Shown: piece after piece, positions 50,038-64,000 of the stretch
Layout: every line of letters starts with the position of its first letter
How positions within the stretch are numbered: position 1 is the first letter of the stretch
Assembly: GCA_000004695.1 (NCBI GenBank)
Contig: CM000151.3
Span: forward strand, 6,816,001 to 6,880,000
DNA length: 64,000 nucleotides
Direction of reading: 5' to 3'
From: Dictyostelium discoideum
Taxonomy: Eukaryota
Program-made: the position numbers and the translations under genes
Notes under the pieces: model-generated
Database searches by the model: none
What the model was told of the DNA's origin: nothing
Seen by the model: only the letters and a program-made list of their open reading frames with translations

Positions 50038-50801
50038 TTTATTAATTCTTATTACAAATTTTTAATAAACAAAAAATAAAAATTAAAAAAAAAAAAAAAG
50101 GAAAAAAAAAAATTAAAAAATAAAAATTAAAATAAAAAAAAATAGAATAAAAATTTCGGAGGACATAAATCTTCTTTTTACAAACCTCCACTTTAAATTT
50201 TCCATTTATAGATTTTTTCCTCAGATTATACTTTATTTGTTGATGTAAAATTTATTTATTTTTTATTTTTTTATTTTTTATTTTTATTTTTATTTCCAAA
50301 AATTATTTTAATTTTTTTTTTTTTTTCAAATTCTAATCGTCCAGATCTCATAAAAAAAAAAATGAAAAAATGCACTGTTTTTTTTGCTTGGCATTAATGA
50401 GGAAAAAAAAAAAATAAAAAAAAATAAAAATAAAAAAAAGGAAAAAAAAAAAAACTGAAAAAAAAAATAAAAAAAAATAAAAAATAAAAAATAAAAAAAA
50501 TAAAAAAGAAAACAAATCCCGATCTCAAATCGTAAAAGATATTTATTATCAGTGATTCTCATTATTTATTATTAGGCAAAACAAATAAAACTAAAAAAAA
50601 AGTGAAAAAATTAAAAAAAAAAAAAAAAATACAAACACAAAAAGTGTATGAAAAAGATTTTTTTTTTTTTATTTTTTTTTTTATTAACTTTATTTTTTAA
50701 AAAAAAAGACATAACGAAGAATCAAAAGTTTTTTTACTTTTGATTCTTCTATTTTTTATTTTTATTTTTAATTTTTTTTATTTTGTCAAAAAAATAATCT
50801 G

Positions 50802-50852
<51 letters not shown>

Positions 50853-51296
50853 TAAAAAAAGGCTGAAAAAAAAAAAAATAATAGAATCATTCCCACACAA
50901 AAACCAAACACACATAAATAGAAATTTTTCTATTTATAACATTCTGTTGTCATTATTATTATTAATAAGTAATAATTAAACTTGTATTTATGTAATTTAA
51001 ATAATAAAAAAAATCAAAAAAAATAAAATAAAAATAAATATCAAAAAAATAAAATAAAAAAAAAAAATAAAAAAAATAAAAATAAAAAATAAAAATAAAA
51101 AAAATCAAAAAATAAAAATTAAAAATAGAAACAAAAAAAAAAAAAAAAATAATAATAATAAACAATAATTTTTACACATATAAAAATATATAGTCTTACA
51201 AAAGTAGATAGATAAATAAATAGATTAAGTAAATTTAATATAATAAAATAAAAATATAAAATAAAAATAAAAATAAAAAATAAATATATATAATTT

Positions 51297-51327
<31 letters not shown>

Positions 51328-51376
51328 TTATATATAAAAAAATAAATATAAAATCTATAAAAGTACACATAAAGAA

Positions 51377-54420
<3,044 letters not shown>

Positions 54421-54806
54421 ATAAGATTATAATAAATAATAAATAATAAATAATAATAATTAATAATAATATGATATAGTATAATAATTAAAATTTTTAA
54501 AAAAAAAAAAAAGAAAAAAAAAGAAATAATTAAATAATATATATTTGAATACATATGTACATTCAAATATAAATAAATATAAATAGTTTAATTTAAAAAT
54601 GAAAAAAAAAAAAAAAAAAAAAAAAAACAAATTAAACTCATCATTTTTAGTTTCGTGGATTAGTTTTTTTTTTTTTTAAATTTACATAACAATGAAATAA
54701 AACATTTTTGTGACGCAATGTTTGGAAACATCCAATTCCCAACACCATGATTGGTTTAAATTTTGTTTTAATTTTATTTTTATTAGAAATTTTTAAATAA
54801 TTTTAT

Positions 54807-54844
<38 letters not shown>

Positions 54845-55012
54845 AGAATTTTAGAATGACTGAATCCAAGGATACCAATACCACCATCGTTTCAAATAGG
54901 TGGTTTTATCATTATTAAATTTTTTTTTTTTTTTTTTGTATTTTATAAAGGTTTCGTGGAATTATATTTTAATACAAACTATTATTATTATTTGAATAGA
55001 ATTTTGGATTGG

Positions 55013-55507
55013 TTAAAGTTTTGAATAAAATTTTGGTGGTACTTTATAAATGATTTGAGCTGTTGAGATTAAAGAGGAATCATCAGCTTTTTCAATTGTA
55101 ACTTTAGTGAAACATAAAGTTTTTGTTAATTTTTCAACTTGAGCTTTAATAATAATTTTATCACCAATTGTTGCACCAGTGATATAATTTATATTCATAT
55201 TTACTGTAACACCAAAAGTTAATTCCTTTTGATTCTCTTGTGTACATAAATAAGAAAATGCTCCAATTCCATCCATTAAAGTTGCCGATGCACCACCATG
55301 TAATCCATCTAGTGTATTTGTATGTTCTTTAGCTACTGTTACTTCAAATTCAATGAAACCATACCCAATTTTATTCAATTTTAATAATTTTAACAAATTT
55401 ACACTAAATCCTTTATGGTCTAACACTCCTTTGAATGCATTATGAATCTTTTCATTTAATGTATCACTGATTTTATTAATATTATTATTATCGTTATTGC
55501 CAGTCAT
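55013..55507 (-). CDS. Hotdog-fold acyl-CoA thioesterase (PaaI/THEM2/ACOT13-like), 164 aa, single exon
   Basis: ...TNTLDGLHGGASATLMDGIGAFSYL... matches the PaaI-type thioesterase motif (G.LHGGA.A.L.D). The length and the single central helix region are consistent with a 4HBT domain. Confidence 0.7.
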   Translation of the reverse strand: MTGNNDNNNINKISDTLNEKIHNAFKGVLDHKGFSVNLLKLLKLNKIGYGFIEFEVTVAKEHTNTLDGLHGGASATLMDGIGAFSYLCTQENQKELTFGVTVNMNINYITGATIGDKIIIKAQVEKLTKTLCFTKVTIEKADDSSLISTAQIIYKVPPKFYSKL

Positions 55508-56094
55508 TTCTCATACAAAAAAAAAAAAAAAAAAAAAAAAAATGAAATGAAATGTCGTTTTTAGAGAAAAAAAAAAAAAAAAAAAAACCTAAAATAAAAT
55601 TAATGAAAATTAAACCACAAAAAAAAAAAAACAATGTAAATATAAAAAAAAAAATAAAAAATAAACTATCAGGTAGTACAAAGAAAGTATTAGTTGGTCC
55701 TTAAAAAAAAAAAAATTTATTGGGAACCGCAAAAGAATAAAAAAAACAGCAAAAGAATAAAAAAACAAATTATTAATAAATATTAAATCCAAATCAATTT
55801 AGATCGAGATTAATTACTTAATAAAAAAAAAAAAAATTTTAAAAATATAATTCAATTTGTACACCCCTATATATGGAATTTCATTTCAATCTGGTATTTC
55901 CAGCTTAATTCTAAAAAAAAAAAAAAACAAAATTATTTGAAAATTGAAAGCCCTCATTATTTTGGGAAATTTGTTTTTTTTTTTTTTTCTTTTTTTATAG
56001 TGACTATTTTTTTTTTTTTTTTATTTTTTAAATTTCACAACCAACTCACAAAAAAAAAAATTATACATCCTTTATTTTAACCCATCATCACCAT

Positions 56095-56130
<36 letters not shown>

Positions 56131-56281
56131 AATGTTTTTAGGTAATTATTATTTAAATATTTTCAAGATATTACTTTATGACCAAAATTAATTTTATTTT
56201 TATTTTTCTTATTCAAATAAAAAAAAAAAAAAAGAAAAAGAAAAAGAAAAAGAGAGTTTAAGTGATTCCTCATTTGAAACT

Positions 56282-58346
56282 ATGAATAAAGAAGTAGACA
56301 ATGAAAATATAGAAAATATTAAAAAAGAAGAAAATGAAAAAGAGAATAATAATAATAATAGTAATAATGAAAATTATGAAGATGAGAATAATGAAGATAA
56401 TGATGATAATAATAATGATGAAGATAATGATAATAATGATGATGATGATATAAATATATTATTAATTGGACCAAGTGGAAGTGGTAAATCACTTTTAATT
56501 AATTCAATTATAACCTATATGAGATATGATAGTTTAGAAGGTGCATTGATAGAATCTTCAAATGCATCATTAGCAACAATACCCACAATAGTATCAATGA
56601 GTGATAGTGATGATAATCAATTTAATATTAAAATTGGTACAATTGAAGATTCAGAAGAGGAAAAAAGAATTGTACAATGTAAATCAGTTACAAAAAAGAC
56701 AAAAAAGTATAGAATTAAAAATTCATCAATTCAAGGTAGTAAAACACTATGTTTTATCGACACACCAGGTGTATTAGATAGCGAAGGTATTAGAAAGGAT
56801 GAAGAGAATTTCCATCATATACTAAACGAGATTTCAAAACTTAAACAATTGCATGCAGTTTGTATCATTATGAAACCAAATGAAAATAGAGCTAGCCAAG
56901 TATTCAAATTTTGTATCAATGAATTATTATGCCATTTACATGTGTCTGCTAAAGATAATATATTCTTTTGTCTCTCATCAACTAGATCCATTCATTATAG
57001 AGCTGGTGGTAGTGAGACAAAGAAACTCTTGGCATTGCAATTGGCAAATCTTAAAGAAACACGTAATATTCATATTGAACTAGAGAAAAGAACCTACTGT
57101 TTTGATAATGAATCTTTTAATTATTTAGTTTGTAAAAAGAATGGTGGTAACTTTTCAGAATTTGAAGAATCACTTTATAATCTAAGTTGGACAACATCAG
57201 TACAAGAATTAACAAGACTACTAAAAGATATCATATCTTGTAAACCACATGATATTGAAAAAACATTATCAATTAATTTAGCAAGAACAATGATTAATCA
57301 ACTAATTCAACCAATTACAATTTGTGTTTTTAATATTAATGAAAACTTAAAAGCAATCAATGAAAAGAAAATTGAAATTGAAAATTTAAATCCAGATTTA
57401 GAAATTGATCAATTGAAAAAGAGATTATATACACCATTTGTAAATATAAAATCATTAGAACTCGATAAAAGGGCAACCATTTGTACAAATTTAAAATGTA
57501 TTTCGACAACTGAAAAATTAGTTACAACAAAAGATGGCCAAATTAAAAAACTTGGTTATTGTTGTAATACTTGTAATGCTTCAAGTGGAAAGAGTGTATA
57601 CTCTTGTAAATCAATTGGGTTATTAGGATTTTGTAAAGTTTGTTCATGTTATTTCACTAAACATATTAATATTGATACTATTGAAATTAGAGAAGAAATT
57701 CAATTACCTTTATTTAATGATGATGATGATGATGGCGGTGGTGATTCAAATGAAGAAGGAATAAAATTATCAATTAAATCAAAAGAAGAACAATCAAGAA
57801 TTTCAAAAGATTTTTTAAAATCTTTACAAGATAGAGTTGAACAATATCAAAATGAATTAAATATTTTAACTTGTTCATCAGTTCAATTCTCAAGTTTTCT
57901 TTGTAAAAACTCTTTACTTGAATATAATGATGAAATTGAAAGTTATATTCAAATTTTAATTTCAAATGAAAAATCAAATGGTACTAATGGAATTCAATCT
58001 ATTAAAGATTTAGAAAATTATTTAGAATCTCATAAACAACAAATTGATCAATTTAAAAATAATCTTGAAAAACAAAAAATTCAAAGAGATAAAAAACAAA
58101 AAGAAAAAGAAATTGAAAGAGGTATTTTCTATCAACCATCTGATCAAGAGTTACAAAATGATGAAAATGAATTCAATGATAATGAATCTTTTAAAAGTGT
58201 CACTGAAATTAAATTAAAAATTAATGAAATTTTAAATTTAAAATATTCTGGTAATTTCATTAAATCAAAATTATCTCAATTTGAATCTTTAAATAAATTT
58301 TATAATAATAATAATAATATTAATATTGATAATAATAGTAATAGTA

Positions 58347-58377
<31 letters not shown>

Positions 58378-58474
58378 TGATAATAATAATAATTTTATTT
58401 TAAGTGTAAAGAAAAGTAAAAGAAGTAGTGGAATGTTAAGTAGAATATTTAATAGTTTTAAAAACCCAAAATAA
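56282..58474 (+). CDS. P-loop GTPase (TRAFAC class; AIG1/septin-like G domain) fused to a Cys-rich zinc-ribbon-like segment and C-terminal coiled coil; 730 aa, single exon
   Basis: It has an acidic N/D/E-rich N-terminus. G1 is LLIGPSGSGKSLLINSI and G3 is CFIDTPGVLDSEG. After the G domain comes CTNLKCISTTEKLVTTKDGQIKKLGYCCNTCNASSGKSVYSCKSIGLLGFCKVCSCYF, which is 11 Cys in 58 aa. A heptad-rich Q/E/K region follows. No confident named family. Confidence 0.6.
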
Positions 58475-58628
58475 TAAAGATATTTTTATTTAATTAAATT
58501 TTTTCCCATTATTTTAAATTAAATAATTAAATGTTTTTTTTTTTTTTTTTTTTTTTTTTTTCATTAACTTTGGTAAAAAAAAAAAAAAATAAAAAGGGTT
58601 TGGCATGAGGTGTCATTACCACATTTAC

Positions 58629-58672
<44 letters not shown>

Positions 58673-59003
58673 ATTATTCAATAGTTTAAAAAATTAAAAA
58701 TAATATTTAATTATTTTTTTTTCCAATTATTTTACTTTATTAAATCATTTTGTTTTGTTTTATTTTGTTTTTTTTTTCTTTAAAAATAAAAATTAATTTT
58801 TAAAAATAAATATTTGCAGAAAAAAAAAAATTCAAAAGGGTATGTTTGCACAAAAAAAATAAAAAATTTAAAAAAAAAAATAAAAAAAAAAGAAATCATT
58901 GAGTGGATTATTTGAAAATGAGATATTTACAATTTCGTAAAATTTTAATTTTTTTTTTTAAAAAAAAAAAAAATAAAAATAAAAAAAAAAATTTTAACTG
59001 CAT

Positions 59004-59037
<34 letters not shown>

Positions 59038-59275
59038 AAAAAAAACTAATACTATTCCTTTCGTGTTTTGTTAATTAAAAAAAAAAAAAAAAAAAGTTTT
59101 TTTGTCAAATCGATCAAGATTCCAAAGTCCAAAGATTTACCACTTTTTTTTTTAACAACCCAACCAAGAAACCATTATAAAAAAAAAACAAACCATTTTT
59201 TGCCTTTGGTTTTTTTTTTTTTTATTTTTATATTTTTTTTTTTTTTAACTTTTGCTTGTCTTTTTTTCATATTTT

Positions 59276-59325
<50 letters not shown>

Positions 59326-59532
59326 AACCATAATAAAGCGTAAATTTGTACAATATTTGTAATTGTAAACAATAAAAATCAAAAAAAATAATAAATCATA
59401 ATCAATAAATAAAAAATAAAAAAATTAATAATAAATTATCACAAATAAAAATTTTCCAAAAAAAAAAAAAAAAAAAAATTAATAATAAATTATCCCAAAT
59501 AAAAAAAAATTAATATAAAAAAAAAAAAAAAA

Positions 59533-59673
59533 ATGAAAATTGGAGGAACCAGATTTAAATTCCTATCAAAATTACCAGACGCACCACCATCACCATCAGG
59601 TAGTAATACAACATCACCAAATTGTTCACCAAATACATCAACATCATCATTACCAATATCACCAAAAACTACA

Positions 59674-59729
<56 letters not shown>

Positions 59730-62320
59730 AAATAAACAAAAATCATCAAAATCATCAATTAATTTAGTATATTCAGATAATCAATCAACACTTAATAGAG
59801 AAATTTCAACATTAATGGAAACTTCACCACTACCATCATCATCATCAACTTCATCATCAACTTCAGCATCATCGTCAACAGTATCATCACCAACCAATTC
59901 ATCAATAAAAATAATAGGATCACAATCTAAATCATCAAATTCATTATTAAAGAAACAAAAATGGGAATCAGATACACCAGAGGATATTTATCAATTATTG
60001 GCGGAACAAAAATTAACAGAACAAATGATTTGGTGTGGTCATCCAGATTTATTCCCAATTATACATCAATATTCAGATATATTAAATGCAAAAGAGAATC
60101 CAAATGGTAGTAATATTCTATCGATTAACCTACCGGCATCAAGTGGTGAATTTGGTGATGTTAAAAAAAAGAGTTATAAAATCGCTAAAAAGTTAACGGT
60201 TGCACAAACTATAAATTTAATATGTAAGAAACAAAATGTTAAAGAACCACGTAAATATTGGTTATCAACATTGTATGGTTGTATTTTAAATGATGAAATG
60301 TTATTATCATCCTATGGATTTGGTACATTTTTCGATTCTTGGGAGTTATCATTAGTGTTGAAACAAGTTTTCACTGATAAAATTCAAACTGATATACCAT
60401 TGGATAGTTGTTATGGTGAATTTGTTGTAGATTTCCTATTACCACCATTGAAACAATTTGGTGGTTTAAAGAAAAAAAGAATTAAAGTCGATTCAAATCT
60501 ATCAATCTCTCAAATATTGAAACAAATTTGTACAAAATATAAAATTGAAGGTTCTGAAAGATTCTCTATTATAACCACTGAAGAATTTCCATTGATTCTT
60601 AATGAAAATTCAACATTGGGTCATTATGGTTTAGGTAATAAATTTCAAACTTTAGAATTATCAATCGTTTTCACTGAACTCATTCCACCCTATTCCCTAA
60701 AGAATAATAATGTCCCAACATTTGGTGCTTTTCAAGTTGGTAGTGTTGATCCAGTACAATCGAAAGCGGTTATCATCGATTTAGAGAATAAACTTCAAGA
60801 TCATTTGAAATTGGGTGAAGAAATGGTTTTACAAATTAAAAATTTAGCTTCAGATTTAAAAGATAAAGAAAGAGAAATTAAAGATAAAGAAGCACAACAT
60901 TTTACAATTATGAATCATATCGAGGAGAAATTAACAAAAATTAGACAAAATGTCACAAATGAACGTGAAGTTCATATTAAACAAATCACTGATATGAAAC
61001 TTGAAAAAGAATCATTACAAGATTCAATTAAACAATTGAAACAACAATTGGAAGATTTAAATTCATTACTTTATCAAGAAAGAGCAATTAATACTGAATC
61101 TACAATCGCTAATAATTTTAAAATTTCAACTCTTGAACAAGATATTCAACAATTGAATGATCAAAATAATGATTTATCAACAACACTTAAAGATACTGAA
61201 AATCAATTAGAATTAACAATAATTCAAAAACAACAAGAATTTCAACAACAAGAAAAAGAGAAATTTGATTTAATTCAAAAATATGAATTAATTATAAAAA
61301 ATTTACAAAGAGAAAATGATGAAAAAATTAAATCAATTTTAGAAAAACATCAAGAAGAATATAATCAACAAGAAAAAGAACAAAAAGAAATTACTGATAG
61401 ACTATTTAATAATTTAGATAATAATATTAATAATAATAATAATAATAATAATGAATTAATTTTAAGTAATAATAATAATTTAGATATTGGATTTAGTTCA
61501 ATTGAAAGAGAACAACTTTTATCATCAATTCAAAGATTAACTAGAGATATTAATGATCGTGATGTGGTGATTAAACAAGTTTATCCAAAGAAAATTCAAA
61601 ATTTAGAATCAAATATAAAGAAACTTGAAGAGAAATTAAAAGAATCTGAAAATATAAATCAACAATCAAAACAAACAATAGCTTTGAAATCTTTGGAAAT
61701 TACAGAACTTAACCGTCAAATTTATTCACTCTCCAAAAATAACTCTGATATTCAATCATCATTGGATCATACTAATGAATTATTGAAAAAAGAAGAAACT
61801 AAATCTAGAAATTTATCACAAGATCTTTCAAATCTAAAGAATCAATATGATTCACAATTACTTTTAATTGAACAAAAATCGCAAACTATTCAACAAATGG
61901 AAATCACAAGAATAGAATTGGATGCCAAGTTTAAAGAACGTGAAACTTATTTACTCTTTGAAATTGAAGAATTGAAAAAACCAAAACCACCTCCACTTCC
62001 AACTTATAAAGTTAATACTCCAAAATCTCCTGATACTGCAAAACATGGTGATATTACTGATGTTAAAAAGTATGTTATTTTTTATTAAAAAAAAAAAATA
62101 TACTTTAAATTTTTATATTTTACTAATTGTATTTATTATTGTTATTATTTTTAGATTATTAAAACCTGTACCAAATTTACCACCGCCACCAAGAGAACAT
62201 ACAATTGCTACAGTTGCCGATTTATTATTTGTTTCAATGCAAAAAAGATTCCAAAGTATTCAAGGTCCTGATATAGAAGATTTGGATGATGACGAAGATA
62301 GTGGTGGTGAATTCATTTAA
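59533..62320 (+). CDS. Coiled-coil protein with two N-terminal ubiquitin-like/RA-like domains and a Pro-rich/acidic C-terminal exon; join(59533..62069,62155..62320)
   Basis: Exon 1 is the 851-aa ORF up to ...DVKK AA|GTATGT (phase 2). Exon 2 is (K)LLKPVPNLPPPPREHTIATVADLLFVSMQKRFQSIQGPDIEDLDDDEDSGGEFI*. Two ~85-aa beta-grasp-like blocks (KKSYKIAKKLTVAQTINLICKKQNV...; RIKVDSNLSISQILKQICTKYKIEGSERFSIITTEEFPLILNENSTLGHYGLGNKFQTLELSIVF) precede ~400 aa of heptad-rich sequence. Confidence 0.55.
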
Positions 62321-62477
62321 AAAAATTAATTATAAATTATTTTTAAACTATAAAAAATAGGTTAGCCATTAAAGGCAATAAACAATAATTAATAGTTTAT
62401 TTATGAATTTTAATTTTAAAATACATTCCAATTATTATTATTATTTTTGACTTAAAATATTCAACATTGGATATTTA

Positions 62478-62495
62478 ATTTTAAAATTGTTATTA

Positions 62496-62558
<63 letters not shown>
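62478..62558. repeat. (ATT)n microsatellite
   Basis: tattattatt... read directly, in the 3' intergenic region. Confidence 0.9.
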
Positions 62559-62560
<2 letters not shown>

Positions 62561-62752
62561 GCTAAACTTTTCACTAAAATTCATGAAGCAATAATTCACT
62601 ACTATAGAGAAATATTAGATCGTTTAGACGTAACCATTCATGACTAATGAAAAATAATATTTTTAAATAAAAAAAAGTGTTTTTTACTTTTAATTTTAGT
62701 TTTTTTTTTTTTTTTTTTCATCTAATAATGTGAAAATTAAAATGGCCCCAAT

Positions 62753-63364
62753 TTAACAACAAGTATTTTTCTTATTGTTTGGAGTAATGCATATGGTATG
62801 ATCAGGATCATTTGGTGTATCAATCATACGTTTTTTAATATCTTTTGCTAAACCAATAAAGGCTTCCTCTACATTTACACTGTTTTTGGCAGAAGTTTCT
62901 AAAAATTTAATACCATATTCGTCTGCAAGTGATTTACCTCTTGAGCTATCAACAACTTTCTTTTCGGTCATATCACATTTATTACCGATTAACATTTTAT
63001 TAACTGAGTCTGAAGCATGTTGCTCGATATTTCTAATCCAATTTCTAATGCTACCAAAAGATTTTTCATCAGTGACATCATAAACCAATAGGATACCCAT
63101 AGCACCGCGATAGTATGCTGTAGTGATAGTTCTGAATCTTTCTTGACCTGCAGTGTCCCAAATTTGTAATTTAATTCTTTTACCCTCTAATTCAATTGTA
63201 CGAATTTTGAAATCGATACCAATAGTAGCGATGAAACTTGGTGTGAAAGAACCATCAGAAAAACGTAATAAAAGACATGACTTTCCTACACCACTATCCC
63301 CAATTAAAAGTAATTTAACTAAAAAATCGTAGGCTGCTGGTTTATTTGTTGCTGGAGAAGTCAT
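62753..63364 (-). CDS. Rab family small GTPase, Rab8/Sec4-like, 203 aa, single exon
   Basis: [92 protein letters not shown]...NKCD...ETSAK is nearly identical to Rab8 through the G1-G5 motifs. The C-terminus is ...NTCC (a di-cysteine prenylation motif). Confidence 0.85.
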   Translation of the reverse strand: MTSPATNKPAAYDFLVKLLLIGDSGVGKSCLLLRFSDGSFTPSFIATIGIDFKIRTIELEGKRIKLQIWDTAGQERFRTITTAYYRGAMGILLVYDVTDEKSFGSIRNWIRNIEQHASDSVNKMLIGNKCDMTEKKVVDSSRGKSLADEYGIKFLETSAKNSVNVEEAFIGLAKDIKKRMIDTPNDPDHTICITPNNKKNTCC

Positions 63365-63888
63365 TATTTTGAAAAAAATATCTATATTACCAATTATGTT
63401 TTTAAATGTTTTTATTGAGATGAGAAAATAAATAAATTTTTATAAAAAATTAGAGTTTTGATTTTAATTGTTTTAGTTTGGATAGTTGTGTTGTGTTGTG
63501 TTTAATATTCTATTTATAATTTTTGATGAAGTGAAAACGTTAAAATTATTGAATTGCTGAATTGAAATTTAATTCAAAAAAAATAAAATTTATTTTAATT
63601 TTTGTTTTTTTAAGAAAACATTTCAACCATTCGATTTAAATTTTTATTTTTTTATTTTTTTTATTTTTTTGGGTTGAAATGTTTTCTTAAAAAAAATAAT
63701 TCTTCGAAAAAGTTAAATTGAACCGATTAAATAATTTTTTTTTTTTTTTTTTTTTTTTATTAAATAAACAATAATTAAATTAAACCTATTGATATACTTC
63801 AATATTTTTATAATGGTTTTATTTATGAATTTTAATTTTAAAATGTAAAGCTATTTCTTTTTTTTTTAATTTGAATTTTCAAATAAGG

Positions 63889-64000
<112 letters not shown>

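Overview
This is AT-rich (roughly 75-80% A+T) eukaryotic nuclear DNA. It looks like Dictyostelium discoideum or a close dictyostelid. The signs are short introns with GTAAGT/GTATGT donors and (T)n-AG acceptors, in-frame poly-Asn/Gln/Thr microsatellites, and long A/T homopolymer spacers. It is not prokaryotic, so no CRISPR arrays or operons are present.

I reconstructed about 20 protein-coding genes by joining ORF-track pieces across phase-consistent GT..AG introns. Recognised products:
- a P4-type phospholipid flippase with a very long low-complexity N-terminal exon
- a DJ-1/PfpI protein
- an LRR protein
- a PTGR1/LTB4DH-like NADP oxidoreductase
- an adenylate-kinase-like NMP kinase
- a HEATR3/Syo1-like ARM/HEAT protein
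- MRT4
- a PAK (STE20) kinase with a CRIB domain and a Pro-rich N-terminus
- a ZFPL1 orthologue
- METTL1/Trm8 tRNA m7G methyltransferase
- eIF6
- a RapGAP protein carrying an (AAT)~58 poly-Asn tract
- a hotdog-fold thioesterase
- a Rab8-like GTPase
- a P-loop GTPase fused to a Cys-rich zinc-ribbon and coiled coil
- a coiled-coil protein with two ubiquitin/RA-like domains

Two parts of the window stand out.

First, a lineage-specific ~1070-aa protein family of unknown function is amplified here. There is a partial copy A on the plus strand at 1-2129. Two full tandem copies, B (18384-21590) and C (23123-26353), lie on the minus strand. A truncated pseudogene D follows at about 26480-27370. The copies have a mosaic pattern that suggests gene conversion, and there is a GC-rich imperfect palindrome between B and C.

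Second, a tRNA-Lys(UUU) gene sits at 47248-47320 with a Dictyostelium-type external B box. Poly(A)-terminated non-LTR retroelement fragments (TRE5-like) lie head-to-head about 50 bp upstream of the tRNA. Unusual repeats surround it.

All coordinates and exon joins were worked out by eye from the sequence. Boundaries may be off by a few nt.
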